Origin: Candidatus Undivivens industriae
GTDB lineage: Bacteria; Omnitrophota; Gorgyraeia; Gygaellales; Profunditerraquicolaceae
Assembly: GCA_012514745.1 (NCBI GenBank)
Contig: JAAYZR010000007.1
Span: forward strand, 1-53,737
Reading direction: 5' to 3'
DNA: 53,737 nt
In this document: one piece after another, positions 1-8,081 of the stretch
Numbering within the stretch: position 1 is the stretch's first letter
Layout: each line of letters begins with the position of its first letter
Program-made: the position numbers and the translations under genes
The notes under the pieces: model-generated
Told to the model about the DNA's origin: nothing
Database searches by the model: none
What the model saw: only the letters and a program-made list of their open reading frames with translations

Positions 1-10
1 CTTCTATTTT

Positions 11-34
11 CCGGCGAAGCCAATGCTTCGCCGG
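11..34. other. Perfect 10-bp stem / 4-nt loop hairpin (CCGGCGAAGC-CAAT-GCTTCGCCGG) at the distal end of the repeat block
   Basis: Read directly from the sequence. There is no U-tract on the minus strand, so it is not a canonical intrinsic terminator. Confidence 0.6.
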
Positions 35-95
35 TACACAGCGCTTATTCGGCTGGCTGCTTATTCCGGCAACCTCCCCGGAGCTTCACACGAGT

Positions 96-354
96 GAACA
101 CCTGCCTCTCCAATAAGGCAGGGTGTTCCCCGCAAGGGAACACTTGCCCAATTCCTCACAAGGGCAGGGTGTTATCCCAAGGTGAACACTTGCCCAATTC
201 CCCACAAGGGCAGGGTGTTATCCACAGGGGAACACTTGCCCAATTCCCCACAAGGGCAAGGTGTTATCCCCATAGGCCAAGGTATAACACACAGGTGTAT
301 ACTTTCACACTGGTGAACACTTGCCCAATTCCGCACAAGGGCAAGGTGTTATCC
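96..354. repeat. Tandem array of ~46-nt hairpin repeats: intact copies at 96-129, 138-177, 184-223, 230-269 and 315-354, plus a decayed copy at ~276-309
   Basis: The plus-strand unit is GAACACTTGCCC-AATTCCCCACAA-GGGCAAGGTGTTATCC. The arms AACAC(-)TTGCCC and GGGCAAGGTGTT pair as 11 bp with one bulge. Copy starts at 138, 184 and 230 give an exact 46-nt period, which is not a multiple of 3. Confidence 0.9.
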
Positions 355-370
355 CCATTGGCTAAGGTAC

Positions 371-412
371 CCCCCCGGGTTAAAACCCGGGGATTTCTGG
401 GCGAGGGGATTT
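371..412 (-). repeat. Copy of the dispersed GC-rich hairpin element (minus strand CCTCGCCCAGAAATCCCCGGGTTTTAACCCGGGG)
   Basis: Near-identical to 40565-40603. It shares the core CAGAAATC-CCGG-loop-CCGG with copies at 3359-3400, 11685-11724 and 29151-29191. Confidence 0.8.
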
Positions 413-431
413 AAAAGTAAGATACCGGATT

Positions 432-460
432 ATTTTATACCTGGAGGCGGGATTTGTCTA
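432..460 (-). promoter_or_regulatory. Candidate sigma70-type promoter TAGACA-N17-TAAAAT pointing into the hairpin array
   Basis: On the minus strand, the -35 TAGACA is the reverse complement of 455-460 and the -10 TAAAAT is the reverse complement of 432-437, with a 17-nt spacer. The region is AT-rich, so a chance match is possible. Confidence 0.3.
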
Positions 461-556
461 TTTATATAAGAAGGTTTTCCGGATACGCGCGAGAGAAAAT
501 CGTTACTTGTTCTATATTTGTGCCTCGGGCTTTATCCTCCGCCCTGCGGCCCGCGG

Positions 557-1591
557 CTATCCCGTAAATACCCGCCGCAGGCAGGAAGATTCCCGCCTGG
601 CGTGGCAGTCTTGCAGGCAGAAATCACGGCAGCTCTTTATCATGGACCGCTTCCTGCGGGCGGCGCTCGAATGCCATATCCTTCTTATGTCCGGGCACCG
701 CCTGAAATTGCCGATGATCTCGCCGCACATCTGAATGTTCCCGTCCGGACAGACCACGAACCGCCTGAACCCGGCGAAACACGTCCAGTCGTTCTTGGCG
801 AGAGTCCCGCTGAAATATTTTTTTATAAGGGAGAAACTCGGGTAGTCGAACCTGTAGTATTCATCCTGCATTTTCTCCAGCTCCGCCATAACTTCGTCAA
901 GCCGCCGGAGGCGGTCTCCGGTTATCCAGAGAGGATGGTTCTCCCTGCGGGAATAAAGACGTATATTGTCCGCCACCAGCGAAGTCAGATAGACCGCGTC
1001 CACTCCCAGCTTTTTCGCCATACGCACGTACTCAACGGCTTCGTCAAGGTTCTCGTTATGCAGTGTCAAGATGAGGACTGTTACCGGCCGCCCGGCTTTT
1101 TTCGCGGCGTGGAGCGATTTAATCCCTTCAATGATCTTGCCGTACGCGCCCGGGACTCCGCGGATAGAGTCATGCATCGCAGCCGTAGCCCCGTCAAGCG
1201 ATATACAAACTATGTGCACGCCCGAACCAACCAGTTCCGCGGCGGAATCGGCATTTATAAGCGTGCCGTTGGTTGTCAGGATAACTTTTAGCCCCTTTTT
1301 TACGGCGTGCCTTATGACATCGAAACATTTATCGCTTAAAAGCGGCTCGCCTCCGCAAAGGTTCATCTCAGGGATGCCCCATTCAACCGCCTGGTCAGTG
1401 ATATTCAACACCTCGGCGGCCGTCATCTCGTTCTCCCGGCCGGGATTGGACCAGACACTGCACATTTTACATTTAAGATTGCAGGCGTTTGTAAGAGAGA
1501 CCTGAATGGTATCCGGTACAACAAGCGGAATACCGGCTTTACGGGAGAGCCAGAACCTGAAATCACGAAACAGTACGCGGAAATCCTTCAT
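557..1591 (-). CDS. Radical SAM protein with a Cys-rich SPASM/twitch-like C-terminal domain
   Basis: 344 aa. It has the CxxxCxxC cluster motif (TNACNLKCKMCSVW), GGEPLL, and C-terminal cysteines (CFAG..VVCPDGNIQMCG..CPD..CRDFCLQDC). Confidence 0.85.
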   Translation of the reverse strand: MKDFRVLFRDFRFWLSRKAGIPLVVPDTIQVSLTNACNLKCKMCSVWSNPGRENEMTAAEVLNITDQAVEWGIPEMNLCGGEPLLSDKCFDVIRHAVKKGLKVILTTNGTLINADSAAELVGSGVHIVCISLDGATAAMHDSIRGVPGAYGKIIEGIKSLHAAKKAGRPVTVLILTLHNENLDEAVEYVRMAKKLGVDAVYLTSLVADNIRLYSRRENHPLWITGDRLRRLDEVMAELEKMQDEYYRFDYPSFSLIKKYFSGTLAKNDWTCFAGFRRFVVCPDGNIQMCGEIIGNFRRCPDIRRIWHSSAARRKRSMIKSCRDFCLQDCHARRESSCLRRVFTG

Positions 1592-1730
1592 TTTAGGACG
1601 TGAGCATAAAGGCTATGCTGAGTTAATATACCGTAAGGGCCGGAGAATAATCCGCTCCGGCCCTGGTGAACGTCGTCTTAAGTTTTTTTTCCGCGCGGAC
1701 ATCTTCCGCGTTCGCGCGAAAATAAAAGCA

Positions 1731-3263
1731 TCAATATTCCCTTTCCTGGGCAATGGTCATATCGAGGAAAGAACGCAGTCTTCTGGCCCGCGTGGGATGC
1801 CGGAGTTTCTTCAAGGCCTTGGCCTCTATCTGCCGTACGCGCTCTCTGGTAACCTTGAATATGTTACCAACCTCCTCCAGGGTACGAGGACATCCATCCG
1901 TCACGCCGAAACGCAAAACCAGTATTTTACGCTCCCTATCGGTAAGGGTATTAAGAGCAGATCCCATCTCTTCTTTAAGCATGGAATGAACTGTGGCGTT
2001 CGCGGGAGAAACAGCCCTCTTATCCTGTATAAAATCCCCGAAATGCGTGTCCCCTTCATCGCCTATAGGCATCTGTAAAGATATCGGTTCCTGCGCGATC
2101 TTCAATATAGACTTTATCTTATCCTGGGGCAGGCGCATCTTGCAGGCGATCTCCTCAGGGGTAGGTTCGCGGCCGTTCTCCTGGACGAATATTCTCGAAA
2201 AACGCATTATCTTGTTGATGGTCTCCGTCATATGTACCGGAATGCGTATGGTGCGCGCCTGATCGGCGATGGAACGCGTTATGGCCTGCCGGATCCACCA
2301 GGTGGCGTAAGTGGAGAATTTATATCCTCTTTTGTACTCGAACTTCTCTACCGCGCGCATAAGTCCGATGTTGCCTTCCTGTATGAGATCGAGGAAAGAG
2401 AGCCCCCGGTTTGTGTATTTCTTGGCTATACTGACCACAAGGCGCAGATTGGCTTCCACCAGCCGCTTTTTTGTCCGGTTGAATTTCAGCTGGCAGGACC
2501 TGATAAGCCTAAGCTGCTCCTTGATCAAAGGAAGCGGCTCGCTGAGATGTTTCAGGATCTCGCGTTTCCTGGAGGGATTACCGTGTTTTCTGTGGCGGAG
2601 ATTCTCATATTCACGCACCAACCCATGCATCTTTACCACCACGCCCTCGATCACGGATATGGTGAAATTGAACTGCATCAATAATCCCAGTGACGTCTGG
2701 CTGCTGCGCGTGGCTTTGATCTTTTTGCTTATATTCCTGATCTTCCTGACCACCGCGTCCTTGTTCGTCTTGATATCCTCTTTCAATATCTCTTCCAGAT
2801 TCGCCCTGTCTTCCAGTATATCCCGGGCCACGCCCAGCAGCTCATTGCGGGCGAAGCGAGTCACCAGAACCGCTCTTTTCAGATTAAGCTCGGCCTCTTC
2901 TATCTTTTTGGCCAGATCAAGCTCTTCTTCCCGGGACAACAGGGAGATCGAGCCCATCTGCTTCAAATACATCTTCACGGGATCATCCAGGGGCATAAAG
3001 CGCTCTTCCGCCTTTGCCTTGTCCGCCCCCTGGTCATCCTGCCCGCCCAGTTCCGCCTGCTTGGGGGCGCTGACTTCTCTGCTGCTCTCCACGATCTGTA
3101 TATCTTCGTTGCCGAGCATCTGGAATATCTGGTCTATATCCTCCGACGATTCGATATCCTCGGGAAGCATATCGTTAACCTCGTCGTAAGTAAGGAACCC
3201 TTTCTGCCTGCCGAGAGCGATTATCTTTTTTATGTCTCTCTTGACCGTTTCTTTTCTTTTCAT
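1731..3263 (-). CDS. rpoD: RNA polymerase primary sigma factor (sigma-70 family)
   Basis: 510 aa. It contains [12 protein letters not shown] (region 2) and [24 protein letters not shown] (region 4.2), and lies directly downstream of dnaG as in the conserved dnaG-rpoD arrangement. Confidence 0.97.
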   Translation of the reverse strand: MKRKETVKRDIKKIIALGRQKGFLTYDEVNDMLPEDIESSEDIDQIFQMLGNEDIQIVESSREVSAPKQAELGGQDDQGADKAKAEERFMPLDDPVKMYLKQMGSISLLSREEELDLAKKIEEAELNLKRAVLVTRFARNELLGVARDILEDRANLEEILKEDIKTNKDAVVRKIRNISKKIKATRSSQTSLGLLMQFNFTISVIEGVVVKMHGLVREYENLRHRKHGNPSRKREILKHLSEPLPLIKEQLRLIRSCQLKFNRTKKRLVEANLRLVVSIAKKYTNRGLSFLDLIQEGNIGLMRAVEKFEYKRGYKFSTYATWWIRQAITRSIADQARTIRIPVHMTETINKIMRFSRIFVQENGREPTPEEIACKMRLPQDKIKSILKIAQEPISLQMPIGDEGDTHFGDFIQDKRAVSPANATVHSMLKEEMGSALNTLTDRERKILVLRFGVTDGCPRTLEEVGNIFKVTRERVRQIEAKALKKLRHPTRARRLRSFLDMTIAQEREY

Positions 3264-3358
3264 CTTCTCATCCTTTACATGACTGTAATAATAAAGCCCG
3301 GGGGTTCTTTCTCAAGTAACCCCTTGTCGTAAGATACCGGGAAAATCCCTTCGGTTAA

Positions 3359-3400
3359 GGTAAATCCGGCTTTCAAGCCGGGGATTTCTGTGGTTTGATT
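3359..3400 (-). repeat. Copy of the dispersed hairpin element overlapping the 3' end of dnaG (minus strand ATCAAACCACAGAAATCCCCGGCTTGAAAGCCGGATTTACC)
   Basis: 35 of 41 positions match the copy at 29151-29191. The dnaG stop codon TGA lies in the hairpin loop. Confidence 0.85.
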
Positions 3401-5160
3401 AAAGTATTGAATTCCTTAAGTAATACGTCCAGTTTCACCCGGTCGCCGGAAACCTGGGCGTCCTTTATCTGCTGATGCAGGCACCTTCTCCGGTTGTTCA
3501 TATTGTGCATTTTTATGCGTTTAACGCAGTCGCTGGCCATCTTTTCTTTTTCCTCGGCCGAGACGTCTTCCGAGGATAAAACCGGATCGCACACTATCCC
3601 GGAGATACCGCTGCCTTCCAGATGGTTCATAATCATACCCGCCCCCACACACACGCCCTGGGCGGATAATTCAAACATCGTCCTCACTATCTGCCCGGCG
3701 GTCCTGCTCTGGAAATCAGAGGGGTCGAGCGAATCGCGTATCCTGGATATAAGCTCGTTCTCCTGAAGCATAAGCTGTATCAGAAGTTTCTCCGCCGGCA
3801 GCACCGCTTCCGTCTCCCGGGAAGGGACTTGTTTGTCCTGTTCCGTACGCCGGACTTCTTTTCTCCCGGATTTAATCTTGTTAAGTTCCTCCAACAAAGC
3901 TTCCTCGGGGACGTTTAACTCTCCCGCAAGCACGCGCAGATATTCCGATCGGACCACCGCGCTATGGAACTTGCTTATAATGGAAAGCATCTCCTCTGCC
4001 ACGGCGTCCTTACCGGCGGCTCCGGATACATTGTGCCTGGATTTCAATATGCCCAGTTTATAATCGAATATTTCCTTCGCTCCGTCTATTAAGCCGCGGA
4101 AGGCCTCAGGCCCTTCTCTACGCACGAAGGTATCCGGGTCGTCCCCCTGGGGCAAAACGGCTACGCGCACGTTCATCCCCTCTTCGATGAACAGCTCAAG
4201 CGCCCTCAAGGCCGCGCTTTCTCCGGCCTTATCTCCGTCGTATATTATCACGACTCCGGAGGCGTACCTCTTCAAGAGCCTGATCTGCTCTTCGGTAAGC
4301 GCCGTGCCCTGCGAAGCGACCAGATTGTCCACCCCCTCCTGGTACGGGATCAAGAAATCCAGGTATCCTTCCACGACCACGGCGCAGTCCTTTTTTCTTA
4401 CGGCGTCCTTGGAAAGGTTGAGCCCGTAGAGATTGCGTCCTTTCGTGTATACCGCGGTCTCCGGGGAATTGATATATTTGACCCCTTTGTCGGCTGCCGA
4501 ATAAACCCTGCCCCCGAACCCTATTATCCTGGAACGAGCATCGCTGATGGGAAACATAATTCTGTTCCGGAAACGGTCGTAATAACCTCCGCCCTGGCGC
4601 GGAGTTATCAGCCCGGCCTTATCGAGCAGGGAAAGCGGAATACCTTTACCGCGCATAAAAGATATCAAGCCGTCCCAGCTGTCCGGCGCGAGGCCGACCC
4701 CGACTGACTCCAGGATTTCCCTGCGCAAGCCTCTCTCCTTCAGGTAGGTCAAAGCGGCGTTGCCGGCCGTAGAAAACAGCCGCGCGCTGAAGAAACCGGC
4801 GGCGAGCTCATTCGCCTTGAATATCTGAGCGTTCACTCCTTCGGCGTTGCGGTCCGCGCTCAATTGCGGGATGACCACGCCGCAGCGCCGGGCCAGCAAC
4901 TCGACCGCCTCCATGAATTCCATACGTTCATGCTGCATAAGAAATTTGAACGCGTTACCGGACTCCCCGCAGCCGAAACAATGATATATTTGTTTATCTG
5001 GAGAAACCATAAAAGAAGGGGTCTTCTCGTTATGAAAAGGGCAGCAGGCCCGGAAATTCCTCCCGGCCTTCTTCAACGGGATATACGCGGAAATCAGTTC
5101 CACGATATCCACCCTGGAGAGTATATCATCCAGTACGTTCTCGGGTATTCTTCCCTTCAT
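3373..5160 (-). CDS. dnaG: DNA primase
   Basis: It has the CHC2 zinc finger CPFHNEKTPSFMVSPDKQIYHCFGCGESG and TOPRIM motifs (VVVEGYLD, IYDGDKAG). I took the start at MKGRIPENV (ATG 5158-5160), which forms an ATGA overlap with the upstream stop. The longer GTG start at 5190 remains possible. Confidence 0.95.
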   Translation of the reverse strand: MKGRIPENVLDDILSRVDIVELISAYIPLKKAGRNFRACCPFHNEKTPSFMVSPDKQIYHCFGCGESGNAFKFLMQHERMEFMEAVELLARRCGVVIPQLSADRNAEGVNAQIFKANELAAGFFSARLFSTAGNAALTYLKERGLRREILESVGVGLAPDSWDGLISFMRGKGIPLSLLDKAGLITPRQGGGYYDRFRNRIMFPISDARSRIIGFGGRVYSAADKGVKYINSPETAVYTKGRNLYGLNLSKDAVRKKDCAVVVEGYLDFLIPYQEGVDNLVASQGTALTEEQIRLLKRYASGVVIIYDGDKAGESAALRALELFIEEGMNVRVAVLPQGDDPDTFVRREGPEAFRGLIDGAKEIFDYKLGILKSRHNVSGAAGKDAVAEEMLSIISKFHSAVVRSEYLRVLAGELNVPEEALLEELNKIKSGRKEVRRTEQDKQVPSRETEAVLPAEKLLIQLMLQENELISRIRDSLDPSDFQSRTAGQIVRTMFELSAQGVCVGAGMIMNHLEGSGISGIVCDPVLSSEDVSAEEKEKMASDCVKRIKMHNMNNRRRCLHQQIKDAQVSGDRVKLDVLLKEFNTLIKPQKSPA

Positions 5161-6032
5161 ATCCTTCTTATCCTCCGAAAACCTGAACACTCCATAAAAC
5201 TGAACCTCTCGTCTGAAAGCGATTCTATTCCGTCTAAAAGCAGATTCATCCCCAGGGTATCCGAAGATATGTGCCCGGCTACTACGACGTTTACGTTCCC
5301 GGCCCTAAGCCTGGAAAAATGCTCTTCGCTCATATGCATGGAGACTACCGTCCCCACTCCTCCGGAAGCCAATTTCTCGAACAACTGTTTGGGCCCTTCC
5401 GTCCCGCCGGTCATATCCACAAACACCTTGCCGCAGGGGCGGCCCGGACCGCCTATAATCACACGCGGCCCGGCGGAATTACCGGCAGCCTCGGCGTATT
5501 CCGGAAGCGACGACAGCATATTAAGAAGTTTTTCTACCGTGGCCGGGGCCTCTCTGTCAAATTTCTCCTGCAGGAACGCGTGCACATGGTTGTCGGCGGG
5601 CGTATGCGCGCACATCAAAGGGATATCAAGCAGACGCGCGGCATCCACCGTGCGCATATGATTCTGCGCCAGCAGTTTCCTGGAAACTTCCAGCATGCGT
5701 TCTTCCAGGAACCCGTCTACGGCAGCCGGCTCTACTCCAAGCCCCCGCCAAATCACGGATTGAAGAGGAATGACCTTGTAAAAAGACGCCCAGGCCTGTC
5801 CTGCGGGATGATGAGACAACACAAGGTCAACTTTACGCGCGTCCGCGAGCCTGTCGGCGAGAAGCAATTCTTGAGTATCAATATCTATCCCGGCAAGGAT
5901 ATTCCTGACTTCCTTTTCCGGACTGCCGTAAAGCACGGCTGTATCCGGATATGCTTTGACGCCTTTAACGCCGCGCGGATCGCGTTCCCTGCCGAGCCGG
6001 ATAACGTATTCGTAGAAAACCGATAATTTCAT
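5157..6032 (-). CDS. NIF3/YbgI-like metal-binding protein
   Basis: 291 aa. It shows an N-terminal DLVLSHHP motif and a C-terminal VVAGHISSD motif, as in the NIF3 family. This family call is by eye only. Confidence 0.7.
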   Translation of the reverse strand: MKLSVFYEYVIRLGRERDPRGVKGVKAYPDTAVLYGSPEKEVRNILAGIDIDTQELLLADRLADARKVDLVLSHHPAGQAWASFYKVIPLQSVIWRGLGVEPAAVDGFLEERMLEVSRKLLAQNHMRTVDAARLLDIPLMCAHTPADNHVHAFLQEKFDREAPATVEKLLNMLSSLPEYAEAAGNSAGPRVIIGGPGRPCGKVFVDMTGGTEGPKQLFEKLASGGVGTVVSMHMSEEHFSRLRAGNVNVVVAGHISSDTLGMNLLLDGIESLSDERFSFMECSGFRRIRRI

Positions 6033-6607
6033 TTGTTCAGGCTGTCGCGGATAATATCCAGGGAGGCGTTATATTGTTCCCCGTGCATGAATTTCGACAT
6101 AACGGTATTCCAGATCCAACCGTAAGTACCGGCGACGTTATCGACAAGTCCGCGCCCGGATAAGGATTGCGCTACGCTGGAATGCAGATAATCACGCGCA
6201 GATATGGAAAACGCCAGAAAAAGCAGCCCGCTGAACAACACCCCCCGGCAGAGACCCAGGAGAAATCCCCCCCAGGAATTCAATATTTGCGCCGCTTCGA
6301 TCTTGAGGAAACGCATGAGCAGACGTCTCGGCAGGATGAAAATACCGTAGCCCAAAGAACATAATGCTATAAATAATAATGTTTCAGGAAAAGCCGCCGA
6401 ACTGCCTTCCGCGCCCAGACGGCTGTGAAAAAAACCCGCCAGGGAAGCGTAATAATGACACCCGAGATAAACGGCAAGTATGCTCCCGGAAATTTTAAAG
6501 ATCTCGACAAGAAAACCGTTTCTAATAGCGACGTAACAGGTTCTTATTAAAAGAATTACAAAAACAAGGTCTATCCAGTTCAAACGGTTGACGATCTCTG
6601 CGAGCAT
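6029..6607 (-). CDS. cvpA: CvpA-family integral membrane protein
   Basis: 192 aa with about 4 hydrophobic helices. The N-terminus LNWIDLVFVILLIRTCYVAIRNGF is typical of CvpA-like proteins. Confidence 0.72.
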   Translation of the reverse strand: MLAEIVNRLNWIDLVFVILLIRTCYVAIRNGFLVEIFKISGSILAVYLGCHYYASLAGFFHSRLGAEGSSAAFPETLLFIALCSLGYGIFILPRRLLMRFLKIEAAQILNSWGGFLLGLCRGVLFSGLLFLAFSISARDYLHSSVAQSLSGRGLVDNVAGTYGWIWNTVMSKFMHGEQYNASLDIIRDSLNK

Positions 6608-6634
6608 ATGTGATTTCCCCCTTTAAGTTGATAA

Positions 6635-6664
6635 AGTATAACATATTTTTTTCTCTATTGTCAA
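6635..6664 (-). promoter_or_regulatory. Candidate sigma70 promoter TTGACA-N18-(TGt)TATACT upstream of cvpA
   Basis: The -35 is the reverse complement of 6659-6664 and the -10 is the reverse complement of 6635-6640, with a TG extended -10. It lies about 28 nt upstream of the cvpA ATG. Confidence 0.5.
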
Positions 6665-6777
6665 GAAAGCGCTTTCTTTAGGCCGGTTTTATTTCAAGGA
6701 CTGACCTTCAGACGGAATAATGGGAGTATCTTCGAGGTTTTTACGGTTTAGCCCGGCCGGCGTTATGGGAAAAGCCG

Positions 6778-8049
6778 TTATAGCGGTTCAGCGCGCATAC
6801 CGCCGCTGATTATTTCTTCCAACCGCACCCGCAGAGCGGTCTTATAATCGGGAAGAATTCCACGGGAAGGGATCAACACCCTGATGTAATTCGCGCTGTA
6901 TCCTTCAAGAAAGACGCTTTTATTGTCGCGAGCCGGCAATATCTCCTCCGGCATCACTTCGCTTTCCTTGCCGATGAAATCTTGCATATACTCGCGCGAG
7001 CATTCCTGCGCCAACCGCGACAAAATAATTCTTCTTCCTTTTATAGCCTCCCGGTCAAGATGACCGGACATTTGAGCAGCCGCCGTTCCCTTGCGCGGAG
7101 AAAAAGGAAAAACATGCGTACGTAAAGGCTGTATCTCCTTTAACGTGCGCAAGGTATTCGAAAATGCCTCTTCATCTTCTCCGGGGAAACCTACTATGAC
7201 GTCTGTGGTAATCGAGACGCCGGGAACGTTTTTCTTGATGTCTTTCACCCGGGACAGGAATACGCTTCTATTGTACCGCCTGCGCATGACGGCCAGTATG
7301 CGGTCATCTCCGCTCTGCAGCGGCACGTGAAAATGCGGGCAAAGCTTCCCGTTCCCGGAAAACAATTCAAGCAGTTCCGGGGAGATATCAGCCATCTCTA
7401 TAGAACTCAACCTTATCCTGCTGATCCCCTCTATCCGCGTCAGTCCTTTCAGCAATCCCGCCAGCGATCCCGGGCTGTCTTTATCCTTACCGTAAGAGCC
7501 GAGGCAGATGCCGGTCAGCACTATCTCCCGGTAACCGTTGGCGGAGAGCCGGGACGCCTCATCCACTATCTCTTTCTCATCCCGGCTTATGGACTTGCCG
7601 CGCACCAGTGCTACTTTACAGTAAGAGCAACGGTTGTCGCAACCGTCCTGAACTTTGATAAAGGCCCGGCTGCGGCCCTGGAAAAACGAAATGCCTCCGC
7701 GCTTCCCTCCCGCGGAGGATGCCGGGAGGAACTCGAGGATGCGTTTCTTGCAGTCGTTGCGCAATACCGCTGAAACACCTTTGACCTTCTTTATGCGTTC
7801 CTCATCCATCTCAGCCAGACAGCCGGTAACCAGAATAAGAGCCCCCGGGTTTTCCACGACGGCCTTGCGTATTATGCGCAACGACTCGCTGTCCGCTTTA
7901 GCGGTAACAGTGCAGGTATTGATAACGCATACACCGGCAGGCTCCCCGGGTCCGGCCTCTTCGAGCCCGGCGCAAAGCAAATCCTCCCGCATGCACTGCG
8001 TTTCATACTGGTTAACCTTACAGCCAAGAGTAAAGAATCTCGCCTTCAT
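6778..8049 (-). CDS. mtaB: tRNA methylthiotransferase, MtaB-like (MiaB/RimO superfamily)
   Basis: It has the N-terminal FFTLGCKVNQYE (UPF0004) motif, a radical SAM GCDNRCSYC motif and a TRAM-like C-terminus. I chose the start at MKARFF because GGAGGG sits 7 nt upstream. Adjacency to rsmE matches the B. subtilis yqeU-yqeV arrangement. Confidence 0.9.
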   Translation of the reverse strand: MKARFFTLGCKVNQYETQCMREDLLCAGLEEAGPGEPAGVCVINTCTVTAKADSESLRIIRKAVVENPGALILVTGCLAEMDEERIKKVKGVSAVLRNDCKKRILEFLPASSAGGKRGGISFFQGRSRAFIKVQDGCDNRCSYCKVALVRGKSISRDEKEIVDEASRLSANGYREIVLTGICLGSYGKDKDSPGSLAGLLKGLTRIEGISRIRLSSIEMADISPELLELFSGNGKLCPHFHVPLQSGDDRILAVMRRRYNRSVFLSRVKDIKKNVPGVSITTDVIVGFPGEDEEAFSNTLRTLKEIQPLRTHVFPFSPRKGTAAAQMSGHLDREAIKGRRIILSRLAQECSREYMQDFIGKESEVMPEEILPARDNKSVFLEGYSANYIRVLIPSRGILPDYKTALRVRLEEIISGGMRAEPL

Positions 8050-8081
8050 GATGGGGCCCTCCGGACTAAAGGCCGGGGAAT

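Noticed and set aside
96-354. Possible CRISPR array
   Set aside because: The units are contiguous with a 46-nt period and only 6-7 nt linkers, so there are no unique spacers. No cas genes or leader are present.
94-414. 106-aa plus-strand ORF (MNTCLSNKAGCSPQGNTCPIPHKGRVLSQ...)
   Set aside because: It is a read-through of the 46-nt hairpin repeats. The repeated peptide motif drifts between frames because 46 is not a multiple of 3. It uses a GTG start, has no SD and lies opposite to every other gene.
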